In this document: positions 19,609 through 30,338 of the stretch, piece after piece
Layout: every line of letters starts with the position of its first letter
Numbering within the stretch: the first letter of the stretch is position 1
From: Candidatus Obscuribacterales bacterium
Lineage (GTDB): Bacteria; Cyanobacteriota; Vampirovibrionia; Obscuribacterales; Obscuribacteraceae
DNA: 64,000 bases
Direction of reading: 5' to 3'
NCBI GenBank assembly: GCA_965228855.1
Contig: CBDDIJ010000003.1
Location: 2,432,001-2,496,000, forward strand
Program-made: the position numbers and the translations under genes
Notes under the pieces: generated by a model
Seen by the model: the letters and a program-made list of their open reading frames with translations, nothing else
Database searches by the model: none
What the model was told of the DNA's origin: nothing

Positions 19609-21150
19609 ATGACTAATTCAAAACACTGTCACTCAGTCTCCATAGCCCAGCCGAACATTCGCGTGCGCAACATACTCGCGCTTCTCGGTCGGGATGCCCA
19701 ACCGTTTATAGTCTTTCAAAAACGCGACCGCTCGCTACGCAATTCGTTGTACACAATTGTCGCCCTCGACCCATCTGTGACGGTTTCCATCAAAGGTCGC
19801 AACGCCAGTCTGAAGTTCTCAGACGGAACATATGAAAACAGACGCATTGACGAATGCCCGTTTGAATTTCTTCGGAGCATTCAAACAAAGTATGCCAACG
19901 AATTCAATGCGTCGCATCTTCTGCGCGAAATTGACAAATCCATAGAATTCGCGGCTGGCATGATCGGCTACTTCGGTTTCGGTCTCATTCACACAATCGA
20001 AGATGTGAAACGCCAGACATCCGACCCGCTCGACGTTCCCGACTCAGTCGCCATTGTTCCTCAAACCATCATCTGTATTAACCATCAAGCAGGGACGGTA
20101 AACGTGCTTTCGCAGGAAAGCATACAGCGAGCGGAAGAACTTGCCGTGCGCCTGGTATTCGCAGATTCATTCGAGCTAGCAAATGAAATATGCGCAACGC
20201 AAACATCTTCGAGAGAAGACAAAGTCAGGTTCGAGTCAGTCATTCGAAAAGAACAGTTTATTGAAAACGTAAACGCCGCGAAGCAATTCATAGAAGAAGG
20301 ACAATGTTTTCAGATTGTTCTCTCGCAACGATTCGTGGCGAAAGCAGATGTTAGCGCTACCGACATCTTCGCCAATTTACTCGAAACCGCTCCATCGACG
20401 TATAACTATCTCCTGAGCTTTCCGGAATTTCAGTACCTGGGCGCATCACCGGAAACAATGGTCAACGTCAAAGGAAACCGCATCCAGCTCTGCGCTCTCG
20501 CCGGCACGCGCCCGAGAGGAAAGACTCAGGCTCAGGATAAGCACAACGAATGTGAATTGAAGCGCAACGAGAAAGAACTCGCCGAGCACCGAATGCTTGT
20601 GGATCTTGGAAGAAACGATCTCGGCAAGGTCTGCCGTGCGGGCTCGATTCAAGTGGGCCCTATTGCTCAAGTTTTGAAATATTCAAACGTAATGCATTTG
20701 GGAACCGAAATATCGGGGCAACTCGAAGATGGCAAAGATTCATTTTCAGCATTGAAAGCATGCTTTCCCCGTGGAACCGTATCCGGTGCACCAAAAGTTC
20801 GAGCGATGGAACTGCTTGCGGAGCTGGAAACAGAACAACGCGGCATATACTCAGGCGCCGTCGGCTTCTTCGATGTGCGTGGCAACATGGATACAGCCAT
20901 CGCAATTCGCTCTGCACTGATTAAAAATGGTGAAGTCTCTGTCAACGCCGGAGCCGGAATTGTATACGATTCGCTGCCTGAGCATGAGTACGCGGAAACG
21001 GTAAACAAGGCGCGCGCCATTATTCAAGTTATTGAAAACACAGCGGCAAATGGTTGCGTTTCGCCAGGTCGCACCTCGACAGACGAAGCCAGCTCAGACG
21101 ATTCCCAACCAGAATTCACCGCCAACGCGACAAAAGTAGGTGCATACTAA
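19609..21150 (+). CDS. trpE: Anthranilate synthase component I (divergent N-terminus)
   Basis: FQIVLSQR, ASPE, LAGTRPRG, EHRMLVDLGRND, GTVSGAPKVRAM, AGAGIV; ATG 19609 after CAGGA. Confidence 0.92.
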   Translation: MTNSKHCHSVSIAQPNIRVRNILALLGRDAQPFIVFQKRDRSLRNSLYTIVALDPSVTVSIKGRNASLKFSDGTYENRRIDECPFEFLRSIQTKYANEFNASHLLREIDKSIEFAAGMIGYFGFGLIHTIEDVKRQTSDPLDVPDSVAIVPQTIICINHQAGTVNVLSQESIQRAEELAVRLVFADSFELANEICATQTSSREDKVRFESVIRKEQFIENVNAAKQFIEEGQCFQIVLSQRFVAKADVSATDIFANLLETAPSTYNYLLSFPEFQYLGASPETMVNVKGNRIQLCALAGTRPRGKTQAQDKHNECELKRNEKELAEHRMLVDLGRNDLGKVCRAGSIQVGPIAQVLKYSNVMHLGTEISGQLEDGKDSFSALKACFPRGTVSGAPKVRAMELLAELETEQRGIYSGAVGFFDVRGNMDTAIAIRSALIKNGEVSVNAGAGIVYDSLPEHEYAETVNKARAIIQVIENTAANGCVSPGRTSTDEASSDDSQPEFTANATKVGAY

Positions 21151-21755
21151 TGACTATTCTACTGATAGATAACTACGACTCATTCTCCTTCAACCTCGTC
21201 CAGGCACTTAAGTCAGTTTCAAATCATGAAATTGACGTGCGGCGCAACGATCGAATCAGCCTGGACGAAATCGTCGAGATGAAGCCAGCAGCAGTAGTGA
21301 TTTCACCGGGTCCCGGCCACCCGGCGAACCCGCGAGATTTCGGAATAAACACCGAGCTGATCAGAAACTATCGGCTACTCGGTTGCCCAATCCTTGGAGT
21401 CTGCCTGGGTCATCAAGGCATCGTTCATTCCCTGGGCGGCGCTATTGTCAAGGCTCAAAACATCATGCACGGAAAGACCAGCCAGGTCGAGACCTACGGA
21501 GATTCCGCCTTGTTTGCCGGATGCAGTTCGCAATTCACAGCAATGCGGTATCACTCGCTTATAGCTATGGATGAAAGCCTTCCCAGTTGCTTGAGAGTAA
21601 CTGCCCGCGACACCATGACAAAGACGATCATGGCAATCGAGCATACCTCCGCCCCGCTCTTCGGTGTTCAGTTTCACCCAGAATCCATCGGCACTCCGGA
21701 GGGCGAACAGATTTTGAAAAACTTTGTTGCCCTCGCAAGCCACAGATCACACTGA
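21150..21755 (+). CDS. trpG: Anthranilate synthase component II (glutamine amidotransferase)
   Basis: IDNYDSFSFNL, SPGPG, GVCLGHQ, RYHSL, QFHPES; TAATG overlap with trpE. Confidence 0.95.
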   Translation: MTILLIDNYDSFSFNLVQALKSVSNHEIDVRRNDRISLDEIVEMKPAAVVISPGPGHPANPRDFGINTELIRNYRLLGCPILGVCLGHQGIVHSLGGAIVKAQNIMHGKTSQVETYGDSALFAGCSSQFTAMRYHSLIAMDESLPSCLRVTARDTMTKTIMAIEHTSAPLFGVQFHPESIGTPEGEQILKNFVALASHRSH

Positions 21756-21765
21756 GGTTTGAATA

Positions 21766-22743
21766 ATGCAAACTTTAACTGCACCCAAATCAAATATTGA
21801 GAAACAACTGTTTAATCTGCTGGAAATTCCGGTCGATCAGCTCACGCTTCCAATCCTCAAAGATGCTGTTCAATACATGCGTTCCAAGCTCTCTGATTCC
21901 GTCATAAACGCGACTGCAAAACTCGGAATTGGAGCCATCGACCTCGCCGGCACCGGGGGAAGTGGCATGCCAAAGTTCAATACGTCCACTACCGTCGCAT
22001 TTGTTCTTGCAGCTTACGGGGTGAAGGTAGTCAAATTCGGCAATCGTTCCATTACAGGGAACAGCGGTAGCGTGGACTTTCTAGCCGCCATCGGTTTTGA
22101 ACCGGACTCAAATCTCGACAATCTCGCGAAGAAGTTACGAGACACAGATTTGATCTTCCTGAACGCCGCAACTTGTTACCCTCAGATCGGACTAATCACT
22201 GAGCAAAGAAAGCAACTCGGTCGCCCCAGCATATTCAACTTCATTGGACCGGTCTTGAATCCGGCATCTCCAGAGTTTCGACTTCTAGGAGTCAGCAACA
22301 ATCGCATCCGCGCACTGCTGAACCAGTTTTTAGCCGAGGAAAAGACGGTTCAACGCGCAATCACAATGACGAGTGCAAACGGGCTGGACGAATTTGACGC
22401 CAGAGGTCAAAACCACGTCTCAATTGTCGACTCCTCGAAGATTACAGAGATTGAAACCAGCAACCTATCGAATCAATTCGCTCATGTATCGCCAGGCTCT
22501 CTCACGACTACACACGAAGAGCGATCCACAACAGTTAAACAAAACGCGAGAAGTTTCAACGACATCATCTCCGGATCAGATACAACTTCCGATGCCTATG
22601 CGTGCGTTGTTGTGAACGCTGGTGCCGCATTCCTGGCAGCGAAAACCGTCAACTCACTTGATGCCGGCTGCAGACTTGCTCAACAACTCATCGCAGATCG
22701 CTCGGTACAAAAGAAGTACGAGCAAATCAGGGGGGCACGATGA
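21766..22743 (+). CDS. trpD: Anthranilate phosphoribosyltransferase (divergent)
   Basis: DLAGTGGSG..FNTST, KFGNRS...SGS, R..LG.PSIFN..GP.LNP, GLDE. Confidence 0.88.
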   Translation: MQTLTAPKSNIEKQLFNLLEIPVDQLTLPILKDAVQYMRSKLSDSVINATAKLGIGAIDLAGTGGSGMPKFNTSTTVAFVLAAYGVKVVKFGNRSITGNSGSVDFLAAIGFEPDSNLDNLAKKLRDTDLIFLNAATCYPQIGLITEQRKQLGRPSIFNFIGPVLNPASPEFRLLGVSNNRIRALLNQFLAEEKTVQRAITMTSANGLDEFDARGQNHVSIVDSSKITEIETSNLSNQFAHVSPGSLTTTHEERSTTVKQNARSFNDIISGSDTTSDAYACVVVNAGAAFLAAKTVNSLDAGCRLAQQLIADRSVQKKYEQIRGAR

Positions 22744-24146
22744 TGACAATCTTAGACACAATTGTACAGACGAAACGGCAAGCGTTCTCCGCCAGCCCAA
22801 CACAACCACAGACCCGTCCCGCAGTTTCCTTTCAAACGAAATCGTCGACGGAGAATGCGTTTCTATCAGCTCTATCTTCCAACTCAAAAAACATAATTGG
22901 TGAGATCAAACCGTGCTCACCATCTGCAGGTCAGTTGCTCAAAGACGGTCAACTAGACTCAATCCTGGAAGTTTATAGACGGCAGTGCGCTGCGATCTCC
23001 GTCCTCACAGACGAGAAGTTCTTCGGCGGCAGTTTCGAACTCCTCTCTTATGTGAAACAAAAAACCGGACTTCCAGTCCTCTGTAAAGATTTCATTGTTA
23101 GTGACAAACAGATTGCTCTGGCAAAACAACATGGAGCAGACGCCGTTCTCCTCATCGCAAAGGTCCTCTCCGAATCCGAACTAATCAGCCTCTTTGAAGA
23201 AACCAGACGTCAAAAACTCATTGCAGTTGTCGAGGTCAACAACGAATCGGACGTTGCCAAAGTAAACTCGATTGAAGCGGAAATCGTTCTAATCAACAAT
23301 CGCAACCTTGACACAATGCAAATTGATTTGGAAACAACCGCGCGACTAGCACCCATGTTAAAACGGGACGTAATAGTCATCTCCGCCAGTGGAGTTAAAA
23401 CGAGAAACGACATTCGAAAACTCTCTAAAACTACTCGCAACTTTTTGATTGGAACATCGTTGATGCAATCGGAAAGTTTAGAAAATCAATTGACGGAATT
23501 TAAACGCGATACCAAGGTAAAAATCTGCGGAATTACGAATACTGAAGATGCACTGACGGCAGTCGCATCCGGCGCCGACTTTATCGGTCTGATATTTGCA
23601 CAGGCGTCAAAACGCAGAGTCGAACTAGACGTGGCCCGACAGATTCGCACGGCGATCGGCAACAAAGCAAAGGTCGTGGGCGTTTTTCAAAACCAAGATA
23701 TCGAGTTCGTAAGCAGAGTCGCCGGAGAGCTAGAGCTGGACTACATCCAGCTACACGGCGAAGAGGACCGCAAGTACATTGAAGACTGCAATAGACCTGT
23801 AATCAAAACGCTTTCATACAATGCAGAGGTTGAAACGTTAGGAACGCTTGCAGAAATCTCGAACTTATCCTACGTGCTCTTCGATGCTCCGAAGGAGAGC
23901 GTTAAAGAAGAGGACATCTCGGTTGAGAAGAACCTGTTTCGCTTCGCTAACAGACTGCGTTCCATCAAAGAATCGTCGATACCATCGTTCTTTATCGCGG
24001 GGAAACTGACACCGGACAACGTCGCATTCTCAATTGAGACGTTGAAACCATTTGCGGTGGACGTTGCATCTGGAGTGGAAAGCGCCACCGGAGTGAAATC
24101 TAAAGAGCTCGTAAGGACATTCTGCGTAAACTCATCAACAACATAG
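22740..24146 (+). CDS. trpCF: Bifunctional indole-3-glycerol-phosphate synthase / phosphoribosylanthranilate isomerase
   Basis: [33 protein letters not shown], then [22 protein letters not shown] in one ORF. Confidence 0.93.
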   Translation: MMTILDTIVQTKRQAFSASPTQPQTRPAVSFQTKSSTENAFLSALSSNSKNIIGEIKPCSPSAGQLLKDGQLDSILEVYRRQCAAISVLTDEKFFGGSFELLSYVKQKTGLPVLCKDFIVSDKQIALAKQHGADAVLLIAKVLSESELISLFEETRRQKLIAVVEVNNESDVAKVNSIEAEIVLINNRNLDTMQIDLETTARLAPMLKRDVIVISASGVKTRNDIRKLSKTTRNFLIGTSLMQSESLENQLTEFKRDTKVKICGITNTEDALTAVASGADFIGLIFAQASKRRVELDVARQIRTAIGNKAKVVGVFQNQDIEFVSRVAGELELDYIQLHGEEDRKYIEDCNRPVIKTLSYNAEVETLGTLAEISNLSYVLFDAPKESVKEEDISVEKNLFRFANRLRSIKESSIPSFFIAGKLTPDNVAFSIETLKPFAVDVASGVESATGVKSKELVRTFCVNSSTT

Positions 24147-24175
24147 TAAATACAATCGACACCACAGGTAGTGAT

Positions 24176-25366
24176 ATGCAACTGGCAACTAAATTTGGAA
24201 CTTACGGCGGCACCTTTGTGCCGGAAACGCTAATGCCTGCGCTGGAACAGCTAGAAGACTCATTTCTCAAGTTCAGCGCGGACATCAAATGTATGGAGGA
24301 GTTGAGCAATTACCTGAAGCACTATGCTGGTCGCCCAACGCCTTTGTACTATGCTCAAAACTTATCACGCCAATGGGGCGCAGATGTCTACCTCAAGCGA
24401 GAAGATTTGCTGCATGGAGGCGCGCATAAAACCAACAATGCGATCGGTCAGGCGCTTCTGGCCAAGTTTATGGGCAAGGAAAGATTGATTGCGGAAACGG
24501 GAGCAGGTCAGCATGGTGTTGCATGCGCAATGGCAGGCGCAATGCTTGGTATGCCCGTCGAGGTCTACATGGGTGCCGTCGACGTAGAACGTCAACACCA
24601 AAATGTTCAACGAATGGAACTTATGGGTGCACGCGTTCATAAAGTCGACATTGGCGGTCGCACATTGAAGGATGCCATCAACGCCGCGCTCCGCGACTGG
24701 GTTTCAAATCTGGATAGCACGCACTATGTGCTGGGCACTGCAGCCGGTCCGCACCCATTTCCAACGCTCGTGAAGTTTTTCCAGAGCATAATCGGGAAGG
24801 AAGCTAGCGAGCAGTTTAAACAAATGACTGGAGGACAGCCGGATGCAGTCATTGCTTGCGTGGGCGGCGGATCGAATGCGATTGGAATTTTCTCCGCATT
24901 CATAGAATCACCGGACGTCGCACTCATCGGAGTAGAACCCGGCGGGCGCGGCATCGAAACTTTGGAACATGGAGCAGTACTCCAACTCGGTCAAGACGGT
25001 TGCCTTCACGGAATGATCAGTAAAGTGCTGCAGGACGAAAGCGGTCAAATCAAAGATACTCACAGCATAGCCGCGGGGCTCGACTATCCGTCCGTTGGTC
25101 CGGAGCACGCCCATCTACAGATGTCGGGGAGAGCCCTCTACGGCGTCGCGACAGACGACGAAGCTATTCAAGCGTTCCAAGAGGTTTCAAGACTGGAGGG
25201 AATTATTCCGGCGCTTGAGAGTTCGCACGCCCTGGCATACGCCCGCAAACATGCGCAGGGCACTCTCCATGGAAAGCGCTTACTTATAAACGTTTCAGGA
25301 CGCGGCGACAAAGATTTAGCGAGGATTTTGGAATATGTCGAACAGAATAGAAAAGACTTTCAATAA
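24176..25366 (+). CDS. trpB: Tryptophan synthase beta subunit
   Basis: [51 protein letters not shown]. Confidence 0.98.
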   Translation: MQLATKFGTYGGTFVPETLMPALEQLEDSFLKFSADIKCMEELSNYLKHYAGRPTPLYYAQNLSRQWGADVYLKREDLLHGGAHKTNNAIGQALLAKFMGKERLIAETGAGQHGVACAMAGAMLGMPVEVYMGAVDVERQHQNVQRMELMGARVHKVDIGGRTLKDAINAALRDWVSNLDSTHYVLGTAAGPHPFPTLVKFFQSIIGKEASEQFKQMTGGQPDAVIACVGGGSNAIGIFSAFIESPDVALIGVEPGGRGIETLEHGAVLQLGQDGCLHGMISKVLQDESGQIKDTHSIAAGLDYPSVGPEHAHLQMSGRALYGVATDDEAIQAFQEVSRLEGIIPALESSHALAYARKHAQGTLHGKRLLINVSGRGDKDLARILEYVEQNRKDFQ

Positions 25367-26162
25367 ACTGAAAGCGACGCAGTCGAAAGCGTTTATACCA
25401 TATACGGTGCTCGGGTATCCGAACCGCCAAGCCAGCTTGGAGGCTGTTGAAACGTTAATCAAAAACGGCGCAACCGCACTGGAACTCGGTTTGCCATTCA
25501 GTGACCCAATGGCGGATGGGCCATTGATTGAAAACGCTTCAAAGCAAGTAGTCGAATCCGGTTTCACCACAGGCGATGCCATTGGTTTAATCCAAGAAAT
25601 TAGAACGCGGCACGAATCCATTCCGATAATCGTGATGACCTACTTCAACCTGGCTATGGCAAGAGGTCTGGACCAGTTTATGCAAGCACTGCGCAATGCT
25701 GGTGTAGACGGCATTACCTTTGTGGACCTGCCTCCGGAAGAGGGAGAGGAAGCGTTCGGTTTAGCAAAGAAAAACGGACTCGCTCCTGTCATGCTGGTCT
25801 CGCCGCTGACATCCGAAGAGCGTTTCCACGAAATTCTGAAGCATGCCGAAGGTTATCTCTACCTGGTTTCCAGGGCCGGCATAACCGGACTGGCTGAAAC
25901 TTACGACGCGAAGCTCGAGACTATCATCAATCGACTTCGTCAGAAGTCTGATCTTCCTGTCGTGATTGGTTTTGGAATATCGAAGCCGGCGCATGTTCGC
26001 CAGATGCTCAGGCTCGGAGCGGACGGAGTGGTTGTCGGCTCGAAAATAGTCGAATTGATTGGCAAGGGAAGTGCTACCGAGCTGGCAAACGCGATGGTCG
26101 ATTTAAGTTCCGCATCTAAGCGGAACCACGATGGCAACGTTCTCGACCTGGTTGCGCGCTGA
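25335..26162 (+). CDS. trpA: Tryptophan synthase alpha subunit
   Basis: [44 protein letters not shown]. Confidence 0.97.
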   Translation: MSNRIEKTFNKLKATQSKAFIPYTVLGYPNRQASLEAVETLIKNGATALELGLPFSDPMADGPLIENASKQVVESGFTTGDAIGLIQEIRTRHESIPIIVMTYFNLAMARGLDQFMQALRNAGVDGITFVDLPPEEGEEAFGLAKKNGLAPVMLVSPLTSEERFHEILKHAEGYLYLVSRAGITGLAETYDAKLETIINRLRQKSDLPVVIGFGISKPAHVRQMLRLGADGVVVGSKIVELIGKGSATELANAMVDLSSASKRNHDGNVLDLVAR

Positions 26163-26172
26163 GTCTCCGCAG

Positions 26173-26859
26173 CTATTGCAAAAATGTTAGTTCGAACTTC
26201 GAGGGCTTGCCGAATTGAAGCGGTTTCGGCTTCGATTTTGCACGAGGAGCTTCTTCGACCGAAAATGAAACAACATTCGGATGAGCCTTCTTCAGAGCTT
26301 CCAGTTTCCTCAGCAACTGCTTGCCACTCATTGCAAGCCAGTGGTCTCCAGGAGCCTTCGACGCCTGCCAGTCAGAACCTCTCAGCAATTTTTTACGCAC
26401 TAATTGTGCATCACGCCCATCCGCTACGCTGAGCAGGACCAACCTACCAGGCGTGGTATCAACTTGCATCATATTCTTCGATACGCTCTCTATCGCCATC
26501 TGGGAATCGGCGTTCATCACGTTATGCTCCTGGCTTCTTGACGGAAAAATCGCCAGACTCTCATCATGCTCGGTGATGTAGAACAAGTAGGCATAACACT
26601 TTCTCCTTGCAGTAAGTGTAACCGTGAACCGATCGCCGTACTCATACTTGTCCGGAGCCTTGTTCCAGAGCGCCTCTAGCATTGGCTTGTTATTAGCAAC
26701 CTGACTATATGCGTGAGATTGCGCCTCAATCGGACCGTGGACCGCCAGTTCCTCTCGGCAATCAAGCAAGTTGGACCAGGAAGGCGCCGCAAATGCGCAA
26801 AGAAGCAGCGCCAGGCCTAAACTCCGAGCGCAGAATCTGTGGATTGGTTTAATTGTCAT
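26173..26859 (-). CDS. Secreted DUF4384-like protein
   Basis: Signal peptide; YEYGDRFTVTLTARRKCYAYLFYI...IFP pattern resembles DUF4384. Confidence 0.6.
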   Translation of the reverse strand: MTIKPIHRFCARSLGLALLLCAFAAPSWSNLLDCREELAVHGPIEAQSHAYSQVANNKPMLEALWNKAPDKYEYGDRFTVTLTARRKCYAYLFYITEHDESLAIFPSRSQEHNVMNADSQMAIESVSKNMMQVDTTPGRLVLLSVADGRDAQLVRKKLLRGSDWQASKAPGDHWLAMSGKQLLRKLEALKKAHPNVVSFSVEEAPRAKSKPKPLQFGKPSKFELTFLQ

Positions 26860-26947
26860 CAGTTAAGTCAGCCGTAGACGGTAAGGTCGAGTGAACCTAC
26901 CGGCGGATTTCTAAAATTAGGAGGAAGGATTCAAAACTTTTGAGGAG

Positions 26948-28183
26948 GTGAACAAACTCTATACAAATGGCCCGCGTGAGATCAGAATGAAATTAATCAG
27001 CGAAATCATGTCGATGTCTCAGCGCAATCTGACCACCGCGATTTTGCACATTGCATTTTCGACCGATCCATTAATCGAAACGGATGTCGAGAAAGCAGTC
27101 CTCGGCTTGTACAAACTGCTCGGCAAGCCGATGCCCCGGATCATCTACTGTGATTCGCCCTGGCAAATGTCGATGATTCCAATTTTGAACAACTATTTCG
27201 ACCAAAACGCAATCGCGCCATCGCCGCAAAAACAAAACGAACTGAGATTGCTGCGAGAATACATCAAAAACAATTTTGCAAACAACGACAACGATTTCTA
27301 TAAGTTGCCCGTCGAGAGACTTTTCGCGGCTTCAGAGCAATGCAAGCAAGAATCACCTGGCGCCATGCAAGTAGAGCAATTTCATCGACGTGTATTTGAT
27401 AGATTAGACTCACTGATTATGAGTTCGGACCTTGTGGCGAAACTGCCGGAAGTTGCAGAAAAACTTTCCGCGCGAATCGATCATGACCTCCAGAATATAC
27501 TTATGCAAGCGCTAGGAAGGACCATCGTTCCAATGCAACAAGTCGGTCAATACTTCGCGCTGCGAGATCAAAATTCCAGCGACCGCACGATTCGGAACAT
27601 GACAGTTCGCGTTTCTCCATCACCAATGGGTGAGTTTTTCGACTCGATCTATGAACCGTACTACTACTCTACCCGTGAAGAACAGCTGCCTGTAGACAGC
27701 CCGTCGAAGTTGCTGATTAATCCATCCCCATACAAGGTCGAGCATTTCAATTTACTGACCAAGAATTCGAAGTTAGATCTGTTCGCTAAGTTTTTCGCCG
27801 GAGCGACACTACTGACGGTATCACGAGAACAATCGGAAACTCTGCAGCTCTTGCTGGATCTAATTAATGCGGCGCATGACTACGCGCCATTTGACAACAT
27901 CTGTCTTGTTTCAAGAAAGCCCAAAACGGTCAGCATCAACGCATCGCATGCACTTCACAATGAAACCGGTCCAGCGCTGGAGTACGAAGATGGATACGCT
28001 GTATTCGCGGTTGACGGCATCGTAATACCGCCCTGGATAGTCGAGCATCCCGAGCGCATTTCGGTAGATCGAATAACCAGAGAAGAGAATACTGAGATAC
28101 GTCGTATTCAACTGAAGAAATTCGGAGAGGAGCGTTACATTGAAGAGTGCGCTTCCATACGCAAAGAAGATTCTCAGTTGTGA
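26948..28183 (+). CDS. DUF6745-like protein, single unit lacking the C-terminal AVAWTFG segment
   Basis: PRIIYCDSPWQ and LHNETGPALEYEDGYAVFAVDG match the units of 5018..7615. Confidence 0.7.
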   Translation: MNKLYTNGPREIRMKLISEIMSMSQRNLTTAILHIAFSTDPLIETDVEKAVLGLYKLLGKPMPRIIYCDSPWQMSMIPILNNYFDQNAIAPSPQKQNELRLLREYIKNNFANNDNDFYKLPVERLFAASEQCKQESPGAMQVEQFHRRVFDRLDSLIMSSDLVAKLPEVAEKLSARIDHDLQNILMQALGRTIVPMQQVGQYFALRDQNSSDRTIRNMTVRVSPSPMGEFFDSIYEPYYYSTREEQLPVDSPSKLLINPSPYKVEHFNLLTKNSKLDLFAKFFAGATLLTVSREQSETLQLLLDLINAAHDYAPFDNICLVSRKPKTVSINASHALHNETGPALEYEDGYAVFAVDGIVIPPWIVEHPERISVDRITREENTEIRRIQLKKFGEERYIEECASIRKEDSQL

Positions 28184-28791
28184 GCGGCGCCAATGCGCTG
28201 CAAACTCTTCAACAATCTGTATTTCAAGTTGTAGAACGCCTTCAATCTCTCGAAATCGTCGACAGCACCTTTGACTCGCATGATCGCGCTTCTGTTTGAG
28301 GCACCACGCAAGGCTTTAGCCGCCGGAGCTTTCTCGGAATTCTCGACGTGAGCCCATAGCTGAGTCGTGGGTTCGTCAAGGATCAAGCGACGGAGCGCAG
28401 CATCGGAGAACAAGTCCTTAACACGCTGTTCATCATTACCTTTTATGATGAAGGATTTGTCGAATTCTTCATGACCTATGATGATGTCCTGCACGCCGAG
28501 CATCTTGCTGAAACCGTCAGTCCACTTCTCGGGATGAATCGCAAATTTGAAATCATCGGCGGGGGTGTAGCATGTCTCAATCGTGGTGTATTCGTTTCCG
28601 GCTTGCTTGCTGGGATGCATCGTGTACACGAGAGACCAATCACTTTCGGCGACCGGCACTACGATACTCATTTCAGTGTGGCTGGAATCCGGATCCGGGT
28701 CATCCACTGACGCTTTATACTCGTCAGCGAACTCCATCCAAACATATTTCCAACCGTACATTCTGCTGTGCATTTTCGTCACGGCGTGCAC
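28174..28791 (-). CDS. Hypothetical protein (DUF3137-like)
   Basis: GVQDIIIGHEEFDKSFIIKGNDEQRVKDLF pattern; family call tentative. Confidence 0.5.
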   Translation of the reverse strand: MHAVTKMHSRMYGWKYVWMEFADEYKASVDDPDPDSSHTEMSIVVPVAESDWSLVYTMHPSKQAGNEYTTIETCYTPADDFKFAIHPEKWTDGFSKMLGVQDIIIGHEEFDKSFIIKGNDEQRVKDLFSDAALRRLILDEPTTQLWAHVENSEKAPAAKALRGASNRSAIMRVKGAVDDFERLKAFYNLKYRLLKSLQRIGAAHN

Positions 28792-28961
28792 TCCTTAGGT
28801 CTCGGCCTGAAAAACTATTCGATAAGTTATATCAAATATGCGCGTGAACAATAAGGTCTGGGAGCCTTTTGTGTATAACTTCAAACCTTTTCAAAAACTA
28901 AGTTTCGGCTTGTGACCGCCGCCTCAGGACAGCCGAACGGCAAATGTGACAAGATCATCGT

Positions 28962-30338
28962 GTGGAAACCACTGAGACAAAGAAAGACCCGCGCACCGAG
29001 CTAATCACCGGCAACCTGTGGCGCGCGATCTGGGTTATGTCCTGGCCGCTTTTGATCACAACTGTCGCCACAAGTCTCGTCGGTTTCACAGACCTCTACG
29101 TGGCGGGGCTGCTCGGCTCAGCTTCGCAAGCCTCCGTGGGTTTGTCCGAGCATATTATTTTCATGTTCCAACTGTTCCTGATGGCTACAGGCACGGGCAC
29201 GACTGCAATAGTCGCGCGACACTGGGGGGCTGGAAATAGAACGAGGGCAACGCGTTTCGCTGCTCAATCACTCCTTCTGTCAGTAACTCTTGGTCTGAGC
29301 TTAGCTATAGCCGCGTTGCTGACCGCTCACTTCGCGCTCGGTGTTTTCTCTCGGTCACCCGAGGTAAACGCACTGGGCACTATGTATTTGAGCATCTATG
29401 GGTTCGCGATGATTCCGATGAGCATAGTTTACATTGCCAACGCTTCGTTCAACGCCATAGGCGATTCCAAAACAACGCTCGCAATCGTTCTCCTCATGAC
29501 CGTTTTCCAAATCTCCGGGGATCTGCTCACCGTGCAGCATAACTGGCCCGTGCCGGGACTCGGAATTCGAGGCATTGCCTATTCATCGCTAATAGGTGCC
29601 ACCATAGCTAGTGCCTTTGCAATTTATCGCCTTAACACGTCCCCTCTAAAAAATGCTTTGAGACAAATGCTTCCGGCATCAAAAATGATGATCGGCAGAG
29701 TCGTCAAAATCGGTATTCCGTCAGCCTTTCAACGTATGGCCTGGTCTCTGTCCGTATTCGGTTTGTTCTTTATACTCTCCTCCTGTAAGAACCCGACTGA
29801 GGGTCAGGCAGCCTGGGCAATTGGAATGCGCGTGGAAGGGCTCACGTTCATGCCGATTATGGCACTGTCGATGGCGGTCGCCTCGATAATAGGACAGAAT
29901 CTGGGCGCGAGAGAACTGGACCGGGCCATCAGCGCCGGTTGGAGGGTTACATGGATTGGCGTCGCCATGCTGTCCGTAATGGGGATTCTCCTTTACGTTC
30001 TGGCCGTTCCAATTTCCTCTTTGATGTCACCGCACGAACCAGTTACGCGAGAATTCGTCGTCAGTTATCTTCAGATCAACGCTACCGCTCAACCGTTCCT
30101 GGCTCTCGCAATGATTTTGAGCGGCGCCCTGCAAGGCGCTGGTGACACGAAAGCGCCAATGTGGATAACGTTTATCTGCAATTGGATTATTCGTTTGCCG
30201 GTGGCTTATGTGATGGCGCTGACATTTAACATGGAAACCGCCGGTTGCTGGTGGTCAATGTCAATCTCGTGCGTGGTAATGGGTTTACTCTCCGCCTGGC
30301 GCTTCAAAAGCCTTGCCTGGACTAAGGCTCACGTTTGA
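28962..30338 (+). CDS. MATE-family efflux transporter
   Basis: About 12 TM; TAIVARHWGAG, AIGDSKT, GQNLGA, GAGDTKAP repeats. Confidence 0.93.
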   Translation: METTETKKDPRTELITGNLWRAIWVMSWPLLITTVATSLVGFTDLYVAGLLGSASQASVGLSEHIIFMFQLFLMATGTGTTAIVARHWGAGNRTRATRFAAQSLLLSVTLGLSLAIAALLTAHFALGVFSRSPEVNALGTMYLSIYGFAMIPMSIVYIANASFNAIGDSKTTLAIVLLMTVFQISGDLLTVQHNWPVPGLGIRGIAYSSLIGATIASAFAIYRLNTSPLKNALRQMLPASKMMIGRVVKIGIPSAFQRMAWSLSVFGLFFILSSCKNPTEGQAAWAIGMRVEGLTFMPIMALSMAVASIIGQNLGARELDRAISAGWRVTWIGVAMLSVMGILLYVLAVPISSLMSPHEPVTREFVVSYLQINATAQPFLALAMILSGALQGAGDTKAPMWITFICNWIIRLPVAYVMALTFNMETAGCWWSMSISCVVMGLLSAWRFKSLAWTKAHV

